Source: a virus. From it: a DNA stretch of 64,000 nucleotides. Location: IMG/VR virus record IMGVR_UViG_3300027704_000015, positions 15,963 through 79,962 of that record; one strand, written 5' to 3'. Within the stretch, counting starts at the first letter, position 1. Each line of letters opens with the position of its first letter. Shown piece by piece: positions 30,070 through 38,783 of this stretch. The notes under the pieces are model-generated. The model searched no databases. It was given only the letters and a program-made list of their open reading frames with translations, and was not told the DNA's origin. The position numbers and the translations under genes are program-made.

Positions 30070-30642
30070 ATGAAGATAGCTTTTTGTATACCGGGTCCAA
30101 GTTTTTCAGGATGGTTTTTAGAAAACTGGACTGCATTAATTAAGTCTCTCCCACCTGAGATAGATTGGAGATTGTTTCGTAATTATAATCCAAACGTTCA
30201 TGTAGTACGTAATCAAGTATTAGATAGGGCTAAGATGTTCAGACCAGATTACTATATGTGGATAGATAGTGATATAAATTTTACACCTGACGATTTTTAT
30301 AAGCTTTTAGATCATAAGAATGTATCAATAGTATCTGGAGTGTATGTTATGAAAACAGTGCACCCTTATAATGATTTTGCATGTGGCTCGTTAGACGGTG
30401 GTACATTAACTCGAGATGATATCAAAGATAAGAAAGAATTGATAGAAGTTAAAGCTAACGGGTTAGGTTGGATGTTAGTAAAGGCAGAGGTGTTTGAACA
30501 AATGGATCAACCATTTACGCAGGATGAACACGGTACTGGTGAAGATGCTTTATTTCAACTACGAGCTAAAGAGCTAGGATATATATCTTATATCGATCCG
30601 ACACTAGTGGTTGGTCATGAAAAAGTGATGATACTTACTTAA
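30070..30642 (+). CDS. Glycosyltransferase (GT-A fold)
   Basis: RN, WIDSDI, SGVY, GLGWMLVK, GEDALF, VGHEK. Confidence 0.85.
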   Translation: MKIAFCIPGPSFSGWFLENWTALIKSLPPEIDWRLFRNYNPNVHVVRNQVLDRAKMFRPDYYMWIDSDINFTPDDFYKLLDHKNVSIVSGVYVMKTVHPYNDFACGSLDGGTLTRDDIKDKKELIEVKANGLGWMLVKAEVFEQMDQPFTQDEHGTGEDALFQLRAKELGYISYIDPTLVVGHEKVMILT

Positions 30643-30778
30643 ACTGCTAGCGCAAATACTATCACCATTATTAAAATATAAATTAATGGTGCTATATCGA
30701 TTTGTTTTGTTTCCATATTATTAATAAGTAAATATTTATATAAGCAAACATATTAAGAGAATATTAAGAAATTATTAA

Positions 30779-31081
30779 ATGTCGAATAACAGTTTTAAAA
30801 ATTTACAAAACAAACTACTCCAGTTAAAGAAGGAGATAGAGCCTGATGAGCCTAAGCGTAGAGTTGAAGCATTACGCTATATAGATGTTCTATGCAGTTT
30901 AGTTAATGATAGTTATGATCCACTAAGTACAGGTGATTATATGTTTATAAAGACGTTAACAGATTCTATACATGAAGTAAAATACTTTGGTGGATTTACA
31001 AAAGATTCTAAGGAAAGGTTACGTGTTATAGAAAAACGATATAATTATATACATGAAGAAGACAGAACTAACATCGAGTGA
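30779..31081 (+). CDS. Hypothetical protein
   Basis: 100-aa ORF after a TATTTATA motif. Confidence 0.55.
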   Translation: MSNNSFKNLQNKLLQLKKEIEPDEPKRRVEALRYIDVLCSLVNDSYDPLSTGDYMFIKTLTDSIHEVKYFGGFTKDSKERLRVIEKRYNYIHEEDRTNIE

Positions 31082-31214
31082 AAAACTAGCTATATGTAGT
31101 TCATGTGAGCATTATTGGAAAGCAACAACGCAGTGTGGTATTTGTAAATGTTTTATGATAATAAAAGTGTTAACATCACTGCCATGTCCTGCTAAACCAC
31201 CTAGATGGGAGTAA
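31053..31214 (+). CDS. Small Cys-rich protein (53 aa, DUF6171-like, not in track)
   Basis: ICSSCEH...QCGICKCFM..K....CP....W. Confidence 0.65.
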   Translation: MKKTELTSSEKLAICSSCEHYWKATTQCGICKCFMIIKVLTSLPCPAKPPRWE

Positions 31215-31217
31215 GTA

Positions 31218-31391
31218 ATGAGTAAGTGGCAAGAGGATACATTGTATGAGATTACAATGTCAGTCCAAGCATTAGGGTTAGCAGTTAAGTTTAATAAACA
31301 AATAAAAAAGATGCAGACTCAGCCTCATCATAAACATAAGACTGTATGTGAGAGATACGAATATGCATACAGTAAGATAAAGAACAAGTAG
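31218..31391 (+). CDS. Small hypothetical protein (57 aa, not in track)
   Basis: Operonic spacing. Confidence 0.5.
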   Translation: MSKWQEDTLYEITMSVQALGLAVKFNKQIKKMQTQPHHKHKTVCERYEYAYSKIKNK

Positions 31392-31433
31392 AGAAATGGT
31401 TATGTGTACTAAGAAACAATTAGGGGAAACCAA

Positions 31434-31622
31434 ATGGGACATAAAGTATTTATTAGACATACATACATATATCAATGCAGTGATAAAAATTGCAAAGGTG
31501 AATGGAAGATAAATGAAGCCGATAATATAGAAAAATTAAAATGCCCACACTGTGGTAAACACGACATTGTTGAGTATGTAATACTTGATCAAAGAGAAAA
31601 GTACAATCGAAAGTGGGAGTAG
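31434..31622 (+). CDS. Zinc-ribbon protein
   Basis: CxxxxC...CPHCG. Confidence 0.6.
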   Translation: MGHKVFIRHTYIYQCSDKNCKGEWKINEADNIEKLKCPHCGKHDIVEYVILDQREKYNRKWE

Positions 31623-31639
31623 GTTGTTATTAAAAAGTT

Positions 31640-32146
31640 ATGAGTTGTCCGTATACTAGTTTAAAAAATAAAATGAAAGGTTATATTAACTTTATACTTC
31701 GACCTAAACGAGAAGAGTATGGTGGTATGCCTGTATGCCCGTTTGCAGGATCAGAGCTTGATCAAGGTAAGTTATTAATTGATATATTCGATCCTACTAT
31801 AGAAAGTTTCATAGATAAGATGCAGGAGTTCAAGGATAGCAAATATAACTCTGCATTATTTGCTCAAGTTAATACTGACACTATACCAGAAGTAGATACA
31901 CGAAAATATCAGTCATATTTAAACAAGCTAATTAAAACTAGCGGGTTTACTAACTACAAGATTATATGCTTTAATCCAGAAGATACTATTACTAATATAG
32001 ACGGGTTTAACCCTAGACAGTTTGCTCCTGCTTTTTTAATTAATGTAGCAGATAAAAAAGAGCTAGGTAAAGCGCATAGGACAATTATGAAGTCAAACTA
32101 TTTTGATAAAATGTCAGATGCTTATAAAAAATATCTTAAAGTTTAG
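31640..32146 (+). CDS. Hypothetical protein (DUF1415-like CPFA motif)
   Basis: GGMPVCPFA. Confidence 0.5.
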   Translation: MSCPYTSLKNKMKGYINFILRPKREEYGGMPVCPFAGSELDQGKLLIDIFDPTIESFIDKMQEFKDSKYNSALFAQVNTDTIPEVDTRKYQSYLNKLIKTSGFTNYKIICFNPEDTITNIDGFNPRQFAPAFLINVADKKELGKAHRTIMKSNYFDKMSDAYKKYLKV

Positions 32147-32177
32147 TTGGTAGTGTGAAGATTATTTCGTATATTTA
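32145..32177 (+). promoter_or_regulatory. Promoter upstream of the structured RNA
   Basis: AGTTG-N20-TATATTTA. Confidence 0.75.
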
Positions 32178-32187
32178 ATATAATTAA

Positions 32188-32400
32188 ATGGGATAGGTAA
32201 CTATCTCATCAGTTATAAAACATGGAAGATACATGTTAAGAGTGGACGCGACTATGATTAAGACCGGCATCAATCGAAAGCAATGTAGCACACCTCTGAC
32301 TCTTCCATAGCTCTACGAACAAAGGCCACCTTCACGTGGTGTAGGGTGTTAAGGTTAAAGTTGCTCACTATTATATCCAACTGTTTAACCCACTGAGAGC
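32188..32400 (+). ncRNA. Structured RNA or leader downstream of an early promoter
   Basis: GNRA-capped hairpin 32188-32209 plus several further stems; no ORF. Confidence 0.45.
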
Positions 32401-32423
32401 CTTTATTTTTAAACAAATTAAAA

Positions 32424-32678
32424 TTGATATATAATATGAAACGATTAACCGCACATCTAGCTCACGTTAAACCTATTAAAGAAAAGGTAGGTAACGAGGG
32501 TAAATTAAAAACGATATTGAACAATACATTATCAGTTCGCAACCTTAGATCACAAGCTGATGTTCACGAAGCTCTATCTAAGATTCGTTCCAACCACACT
32601 ATTGCAACATGTACCAAGCATAATCATGCTACCTGGAATGTAGGTGATGAAATGTGGTACACTTCTAACGAAAAATAA
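32424..32678 (+). CDS. Hypothetical protein (ATG start probably 32436)
   Basis: ORF after the structured leader. Confidence 0.55.
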   Translation: MIYNMKRLTAHLAHVKPIKEKVGNEGKLKTILNNTLSVRNLRSQADVHEALSKIRSNHTIATCTKHNHATWNVGDEMWYTSNEK

Positions 32679-32688
32679 TCCATAAAAC

Positions 32689-32816
32689 AGTTGGTAGTCT
32701 GAGATTTATTTCTTATCTTTAGTATATAAAGAAAGAGAGATGAAGAACCGGACAAACTACTTATTAAAAATAACTACAGATTTAGTTGGTAGTCTGAGTT
32801 TTTTTTCTTATCTTTA
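32689..32816 (+). promoter_or_regulatory. Tandem early promoters for the vWA gene
   Basis: Two consensus copies (32689-32721, 32784-32816). Confidence 0.8.
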
Positions 32817-32850
32817 TATTATAAATAAAGAGAGATAAATACCTAAAATT

Positions 32851-34890
32851 ATGATTATAAAAAATAGAACAAATTCAAGCTGGTGGTTAGGAAACGACTT
32901 CTTTTCTGAGGATAGAGATATCCTGACAGGGGATATAGTTTCAGATAGAACTTCTGAGCTAATTAAGCTATCTGGATACCGTAGAGCAATTTCTAACTTC
33001 GTTAATATTGTAACCGGTAAATCAGATATACCAGTTCGATTTGAAGGTAAAGATAGTTATACTGATGGTAAGTCAGTTACTATTTCAGCTAGTATTAAAG
33101 ATACAGATTTCGATAGTACTGTTGGTTTAGCTTTGCATGAAGGTTCCCACGTTCTATTAACTGATTTTAAGATCCTACCTAATCTAGAGGATGAGATAGC
33201 TAGCTGGGTAGAAGCTACTGATATATACTCTAATATAAATGAGAAGTATGAAATGAAGAGTCATATGGCAGCTAAAAGTTATGTGAAAGATAAAATTAGA
33301 AACTTGTTAAATATAGTTGAAGATAGACGAATTGATAATTTCGTATTCAAATCAGCTCCAGGCTATAAAGGTTACTATCATGCATTATACAATCGTTACT
33401 TTAGCTCACCTATCATTGATAAAGCTTTAAATTCATCTAGTCATAGAGAGTTAGATTGGAATTCTTACATGTTTCATATCATTAATATTACTAATGCTAA
33501 CCGTGATCTTAACGCTTTACCTGGATTATTAGATATATATAAAGCTATAGATCTAGCTAATATTGATAGATTAAAATCTACTACAGAATCATTACAAGTT
33601 GCATTAGAGATATTTGATATAGTAGAAGCAAATATTCCTGCAGTTACTGAGCAAGATGGTGATAGTCAAGAGGATGGTAACGAAGGTAATAATGCTAATA
33701 GCGGTGAAGAAGCTACTACTACAGAAGGTGAATCTAAAGATGATGGATCAAAAGCTGATGGAGATGATGCTATCACAGGTACTGCTCAAGGAAATGGTGC
33801 TGGTGGGTCAGGAGGATCAGATCTACCTGATTTATCACCTCGTCAAGAGAAGCAGTTAATTAAAGCTATTCAGAAGCAAAAAGATTTTATCAATAATAAT
33901 ATTAAAAAGACTAAGCTTAATAAGACTGAGCAGAAGAAGATGGTGGCGTTAGATGAGTCAGGTTCAGAGATTAAAAAGGTAGGTAAGTCTACTAACAAGT
34001 ATAATGGTAGAGTTTACGAAACTGAGTGTATATTAGTAAAAAAGCTCACTCAGAACGTTATTGATAATGCAGGGTACAATTTCTTAGATGCTCAAATGTG
34101 GAGATCTAAAGGAGAAAAAATGAGTAATGCTATTAGTAAAGGTGTTACTCTTGGTAGACAGCTAGGTAAGAAGCTTAAGTTAAGAAGCGAAGAGCGAAAT
34201 ACTAAATTTTCTAGACTTGATTCTGGTAAGATAGATAAGAGGTTGATTAGTACTTTAGGGTTTGGTGCAGAGAGAATATTTCAGCAGGTTATGAATGATA
34301 AGTATACCCCTGCTAATGTACACATCACAATAGACGCTTCAGGATCAATGGCTGGATCTAGATTCGAAAACTGTCAAACTGCTGTAGTTGCAATAGCTAA
34401 AGCAGCTTCTATGATTGATAACTTAGATGTTCAGATATCTTACAGAACTACAACAGGTGATAAACCGATTATCTTAATTGCTTATGACTCTAGAGTTGAT
34501 AGCTTTAGAAAAATTACTAACTTATTTAAGCATATATGTGCTTCTAATTTAACTCCAGAAGGTTTAACTTTTGAAGCTATAAAAAATGAACTAGTTACTG
34601 CATCAGGTGATAAAGAGAGTTATTTCATTAACTTCAGTGATGGAATGCCATACTGCGAGCCTAAAGGCTACCAGTACTGGGGAGAATCTGCTATACAGCA
34701 TACTAGAAAGCAGGTTGATGGTATGAAGAAGAGAGGTATCAAAGTGTTAAGTTACTTTATTGGAGGTGGTCAATATGGATCTACTAAAGATGACTTTACT
34801 AGAATGTATGGTAAATCGGCTCAAACGATAGATGTTACTAGCCTTGTCCCATTAGCTAAGACGTTGAATAAAATGTTTTTAACCAAGTAG
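32851..34890 (+). CDS. vWA-domain protein with N-terminal HExxH metallopeptidase-like domain (CobT/MoxR partner)
   Basis: LHEGSH, NIVEDRRID, acidic linker, MIDAS DASGS...T...SDG. Confidence 0.88.
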   Translation: MIIKNRTNSSWWLGNDFFSEDRDILTGDIVSDRTSELIKLSGYRRAISNFVNIVTGKSDIPVRFEGKDSYTDGKSVTISASIKDTDFDSTVGLALHEGSHVLLTDFKILPNLEDEIASWVEATDIYSNINEKYEMKSHMAAKSYVKDKIRNLLNIVEDRRIDNFVFKSAPGYKGYYHALYNRYFSSPIIDKALNSSSHRELDWNSYMFHIINITNANRDLNALPGLLDIYKAIDLANIDRLKSTTESLQVALEIFDIVEANIPAVTEQDGDSQEDGNEGNNANSGEEATTTEGESKDDGSKADGDDAITGTAQGNGAGGSGGSDLPDLSPRQEKQLIKAIQKQKDFINNNIKKTKLNKTEQKKMVALDESGSEIKKVGKSTNKYNGRVYETECILVKKLTQNVIDNAGYNFLDAQMWRSKGEKMSNAISKGVTLGRQLGKKLKLRSEERNTKFSRLDSGKIDKRLISTLGFGAERIFQQVMNDKYTPANVHITIDASGSMAGSRFENCQTAVVAIAKAASMIDNLDVQISYRTTTGDKPIILIAYDSRVDSFRKITNLFKHICASNLTPEGLTFEAIKNELVTASGDKESYFINFSDGMPYCEPKGYQYWGESAIQHTRKQVDGMKKRGIKVLSYFIGGGQYGSTKDDFTRMYGKSAQTIDVTSLVPLAKTLNKMFLTK

Positions 34891-34946
34891 TATGATACTT
34901 AACTACACACTACAAACTAACGAGAGCGTTAGGTAAATCCATTGAT

Positions 34947-35183
34947 ATGAATATAAACGGACGAGATATAACAGAGGCAGATTTAGTAAATCAAATTGAT
35001 ATGCTACACTCGGGATGGTGCAATATAATGTATAAGTATATATCTACTGATAAGAACTTCCTAAAAGATATGCATGGTACTAATTATAAAAAGCGACAAT
35101 TATTAGATGAGTTAGTAGAGCACTTTATTAAGACTGAAGAGTATGAGAGGTGCGCAGAACTAGTAAAGTTAAAGGAATGGTAA
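34947..35183 (+). CDS. Protein with UVR-like motif
   Basis: LVEHFIKTEEYERCAELVKLKE. Confidence 0.65.
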   Translation: MNINGRDITEADLVNQIDMLHSGWCNIMYKYISTDKNFLKDMHGTNYKKRQLLDELVEHFIKTEEYERCAELVKLKEW

Positions 35184-35440
35184 AGGTAAGTTACAAAGAT
35201 GTACTTAGAGAACCAACCATGGCAGCTAATAGAAGGATTGATGATCTTATCAATCAAAGGAATAAAATTGATCGTGAGCTACGTGAGATGCGTTCAAAAT
35301 GTAATCACATGGAGCAGACGATTAAACAAGTGACGCTAGGCGAGGGGTGTCAGACGAGCACTAGATGGGTGTGTTGTGAGTGCGCAGCTGTGATAGGCTA
35401 TCCATCAGAATATGAACTAAATAAATTTTTTAAAAAGTAA
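35150..35440 (+). CDS. Coiled-coil/zinc-finger hypothetical protein (start probably 35177)
   Basis: CxH...CxxC. Confidence 0.55.
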   Translation: MRRTSKVKGMVKVSYKDVLREPTMAANRRIDDLINQRNKIDRELREMRSKCNHMEQTIKQVTLGEGCQTSTRWVCCECAAVIGYPSEYELNKFFKK

Positions 35441-35444
35441 AGTT

Positions 35445-35888
35445 ATGTCAACAGTAAGTCAGGAAGCAGAATGTCAAAGATGTGATTACGAACACGGTTA
35501 TCACGAGTTTCAAACAAGAACAATGGAGGATTATTTTATGTGTCCAAGGTGCGGGCATCAGGTACGTTATGTAGTTGATAACTGGGATGATTCAAAATAC
35601 AAATCAGGTAAAAAGAAGGGTCAAAAGAGAAAGACTTGGAAGCCTAAATATCGAACTGAGACTATAGTACCAGTTGCATCATACACTTTAAAAGAGAAAG
35701 GTGCATTAGGTAAGCAGTTAGGTCCAGTTCCTACAGATGAAGATCTAGTTAATTTTAAACTAAACGTAGTAGAGCGTTCAACTGAATTGTCTGTAGCTAA
35801 ATTAACATATCTATGTGCTGAAGGGCAATACTTAGGTAAATGGGTAGAAGAAGACTTACTAGAAAATAGAGTTAAATTATTAAAATAA
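35445..35888 (+). CDS. Zinc-ribbon protein
   Basis: CQRC...CPRCG. Confidence 0.6.
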   Translation: MSTVSQEAECQRCDYEHGYHEFQTRTMEDYFMCPRCGHQVRYVVDNWDDSKYKSGKKKGQKRKTWKPKYRTETIVPVASYTLKEKGALGKQLGPVPTDEDLVNFKLNVVERSTELSVAKLTYLCAEGQYLGKWVEEDLLENRVKLLK

Positions 35889-35893
35889 AATAA

Positions 35894-36229
35894 ATGAATA
35901 AAAGGTTATATGATCTTCCTGTCGAGAGAAGGAGGAAAGAGTTTCAAAAAATTAAAAAGAAGGTTCTGAAGAGGTATCCGAACGCATCTACAAAAGCAAA
36001 TAGTGAAGGTAAATATTATATCATAGATGGGTATGGTGGAGTCATAGGTGAAGATTATATGCTACCGCCTGCTAAATCAGTCTGGGATGCGTGGGAGTAT
36101 GCGCTACAGTACGGAATTAAATTACATCAAAATTTACTACGAACACATCCAAGTAAAGGATTAAGCGATAAAGCTGAGGCTAAGGTTATGCGTATTAATA
36201 GGCGTAGAGGTAATCGGTATAAAGAATAG
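35894..36229 (+). CDS. Basic hypothetical protein
   Basis: Operonic ORF. Confidence 0.6.
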   Translation: MNKRLYDLPVERRRKEFQKIKKKVLKRYPNASTKANSEGKYYIIDGYGGVIGEDYMLPPAKSVWDAWEYALQYGIKLHQNLLRTHPSKGLSDKAEAKVMRINRRRGNRYKE

Positions 36230-36260
36230 TTGTTTATATGAAATTAAATTACTATATTAA
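36228..36260 (+). promoter_or_regulatory. Promoter
   Basis: AGTTG-N20-TATATTAA. Confidence 0.6.
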
Positions 36261-36313
36261 CAATAATAAAATTATTTATTAACTAAAAGGTTGTGGCTCA
36301 CCACTAAAATAGA

Positions 36314-36634
36314 ATGTCATACGACAACAAAAACAACAGCAAAGAATGGAAAATGCCTAAAAAAACTGACAACAGAATTGGTGTAATGCAAGGAGGGTTA
36401 CATACTCATCCAAGAGAGCAGCGTTATGGTAACTTGTGGGGTCATATCGACTTCTCGCCTAGAGAGGGAGTTAGAGGTGACGGTAAAGATGGGTATAATA
36501 ACAAAACTATTGGAGAGCTTTCAATTGGTAATTATAAAGTTGCACTAACATGGACTGAATGTACTAAGATTATTGAAGCAATAGCTAATGGAAAGGAAGC
36601 GTTCAAGACTGGTAAAGCTCTTGACATAGTATAA
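36314..36634 (+). CDS. Hypothetical phage protein
   Basis: Follows a promoter and a small hairpin. Confidence 0.6.
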   Translation: MSYDNKNNSKEWKMPKKTDNRIGVMQGGLHTHPREQRYGNLWGHIDFSPREGVRGDGKDGYNNKTIGELSIGNYKVALTWTECTKIIEAIANGKEAFKTGKALDIV

Positions 36635-36645
36635 AAAGAGAAGAC

Positions 36646-36846
36646 ATGGGTATATTATTATTTATAGTAGGAGCGTTATTGGGTGCTATAAGCACTTATT
36701 GGTACGCAAGTAAGACAATTAACGGGTTAACAGAGAAGAATCTAGATAAAGCTTTAGTAATAAGTTTACTAAAAACTAGAGCAGATAAGTCTACAAAGAA
36801 GATCGTTAATAAGAAAGAAAGTAAAAAATCAAAAGCAACTAATTAA
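36646..36846 (+). CDS. Single-TM protein with basic tail
   Basis: N-terminal TM. Confidence 0.55.
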   Translation: MGILLFIVGALLGAISTYWYASKTINGLTEKNLDKALVISLLKTRADKSTKKIVNKKESKKSKATN

Positions 36847-36969
36847 GGGTTGTGTATAGAATAAATCCGGGGCATATATAAATATCTTAAGTGTTTATTT
36901 ATATGTGCAACAGATTTACTTAATGCTAATACAAGGGTTAACTTAAATTAAAACAAAAAGAGGAAATAT

Positions 36970-37404
36970 ATGAAAAATTTATTTTTAACATTAGCACTGG
37001 GCTTTGCAACTATGTTCGCATCAGCACAGAATTTTATAGTAGTTACAACTTACACTGCAGCTGAAGAAGGCGCAGAGTGGGAAATGTCTAGCTTAACTGA
37101 CAACATGGGTATTGGATACGCAGTAAACGATACTTGGACAGTTGGTTTAATCACAGCTGGAGAAGATTCTTTAGGTGATGCTTCTTACGACCTTTTTGGT
37201 CGTTATAATTGGAACGAAAACGTTTACGTTTCAATCCAAGCACCAACCGAAGAAATGATGGATAACTTAACTTTAGGGTTAGGATATTCATTCAACGTAT
37301 GGAAAGGGTTAGCAGTAGAACCTAACTATACAATGGGTCTTAAAGAAGACGCAAACGGAGAAAGAGAAGGTACATTCAACCTAGGGTTGGCGTACCGTTT
37401 CTAA
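36970..37404 (+). CDS. Small outer-membrane beta-barrel protein
   Basis: Signal peptide; about 8 amphipathic strands; ends LGLAYRF. Confidence 0.8.
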   Translation: MKNLFLTLALGFATMFASAQNFIVVTTYTAAEEGAEWEMSSLTDNMGIGYAVNDTWTVGLITAGEDSLGDASYDLFGRYNWNENVYVSIQAPTEEMMDNLTLGLGYSFNVWKGLAVEPNYTMGLKEDANGEREGTFNLGLAYRF

Positions 37405-37504
37405 GTAATTAATATCCCATAATGGGATCAACCCTTGTAGAGCATCGGCAATTGTGCCACAAAATTTGTATTTAACAATACAATAGATATAGGAGATTTA
37501 TAAC

Positions 37505-37729
37505 ATGGAAAATGTAATCAAATATGTAACAGGATTCTTTGGCGGTTTATTAACTGTCTTAATGGCAGTATTGCCAGTAACAATCCTTTGGACTGTCTTA
37601 ACAGGTGGTTCAGTATTCGGAATGGACGTAATAGCTAACTTAACAGCTATCGTTACTTCATTAGGAAATGGTGGGTTCGTAGGACTTATCGTTTTATTAA
37701 TAGTAGCTTCATTCTTCGTAAAGAAGTAA
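37505..37729 (+). CDS. Small hydrophobic inner-membrane protein
   Basis: Two to three TM helices; AGGAG RBS. Confidence 0.7.
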   Translation: MENVIKYVTGFFGGLLTVLMAVLPVTILWTVLTGGSVFGMDVIANLTAIVTSLGNGGFVGLIVLLIVASFFVKK

Positions 37730-37738
37730 TTAGTTAAC

Positions 37739-37778
37739 ATGTATAGGTCCTGGGCGATTGGTCCAGGGCCTAATACAT
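37739..37778 (+). terminator. Strong hairpin (terminator or mRNA 3' stabiliser)
   Basis: TAGGTCCTGGGC-GATTG-GTCCAGGGCCTA; no clear U-tract. Confidence 0.55.
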
Positions 37779-37800
37779 TAAATAAAGGTAAGAGAAAAAA

Positions 37801-38043
37801 ATGTTATATTTAGGAATAGTAATAGGATTACTAATTGGTGCAGGAGCAATGTACCTTAAGAGTGTAAAAGAAGTAGATGTAGTAAATGCTACTCTAGAAG
37901 CAACACAAGACAAATTAAAATCAGTTAAAAGTCAGTTATATAAGAGACGTACATCTTATAAAAAGAAACCAAACGTTCAAGCAAATGGCAAAAAAACAAC
38001 GCGGAAAAAAACAACCTCCAACTCTAAAAACTCAAATATCTAG
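37801..38043 (+). CDS. Single-TM protein with basic tail
   Basis: N-terminal TM; architecture like 36646..36846. Confidence 0.55.
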   Translation: MLYLGIVIGLLIGAGAMYLKSVKEVDVVNATLEATQDKLKSVKSQLYKRRTSYKKKPNVQANGKKTTRKKTTSNSKNSNI

Positions 38044-38437
38044 TAATCTCTCTAAAAAAGCTAATAAGCTTTTGGACCATTATGAAAATATTGAAGCATT
38101 ACGGAAGGTAGGTGAATCTAATTCAGAGACATCTCAGCTATTGAGTAAGTTAGGTGATATATTTAATACCACGGAGGAGGTACCTAAAGATACTTTCAGC
38201 TCTAAAGTTGAAGATGTTTTAGGTAAATTAAAAACGCTTAAGCAATTAATTGTACTTAATATAATGTGTACTGAAGATAAGAAGAATTTTGATACCGATG
38301 AGTATCGTGAGGATAGAATGTTTGTAACAGATACTGTATTTAAAATACATGCTACTTCAGAGGTGGATAGAGCAGATCTAGTTACAATGAATACTTTATA
38401 TAAAAAACATAAACGGATTAAGCAATTATTTGATTAA
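37985..38437 (+). CDS. Hypothetical protein
   Basis: 150-aa ORF. Confidence 0.6.
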   Translation: MAKKQRGKKQPPTLKTQISSNLSKKANKLLDHYENIEALRKVGESNSETSQLLSKLGDIFNTTEEVPKDTFSSKVEDVLGKLKTLKQLIVLNIMCTEDKKNFDTDEYREDRMFVTDTVFKIHATSEVDRADLVTMNTLYKKHKRIKQLFD

Positions 38438-38466
38438 TAATTACTAATTATTATAAAGGGAATAAT

Positions 38467-38535
38467 ATGATACAACTTATTACGATACAAAGATTTATGT
38501 TACCTAGAACTGCACACTGTAAAGGTGGATGTTAG
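38467..38535 (+). CDS. Candidate 22-aa peptide MIQLITIQRFMLPRTAHCKGGC
   Basis: AAGGGA RBS-like sequence; fills the gap before the next ATG (38538). Confidence 0.35.
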   Translation: MIQLITIQRFMLPRTAHCKGGC

Positions 38536-38537
38536 CT

Positions 38538-38783
38538 ATGGATAGCTATACTGATAATTACGATACATTTAGTGATGATGATGAATTACTAAACGCAGCT
38601 ATTAGTAATACATATGAATATTTAGTTAGTGAGCTAGAGATATCTGAACTTCCAGCTGGTACATGGATGCTTAAGCAACCAAGGCGAGTTGCAACTATAG
38701 ATCAGCTTATAGAGTACTTTACAGGAACAGAAGAGTATGAGAAGTGTGCTGAACTAGTAAAGATAAAACAAACAATAAATTGA
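38538..38783 (+). CDS. Protein with UVR-like motif
   Basis: LIEYFTGTEEYEKCAELVKIKQ. Confidence 0.65.
   Translation: MDSYTDNYDTFSDDDELLNAAISNTYEYLVSELEISELPAGTWMLKQPRRVATIDQLIEYFTGTEEYEKCAELVKIKQTIN

Noticed and set aside
19119-32816. CRISPR-like repeats (AGTTGGTAGTCTGAG...)
   Set aside because: The copies are dispersed, irregularly spaced and sit before genes, so they are promoters. No cas genes are present.
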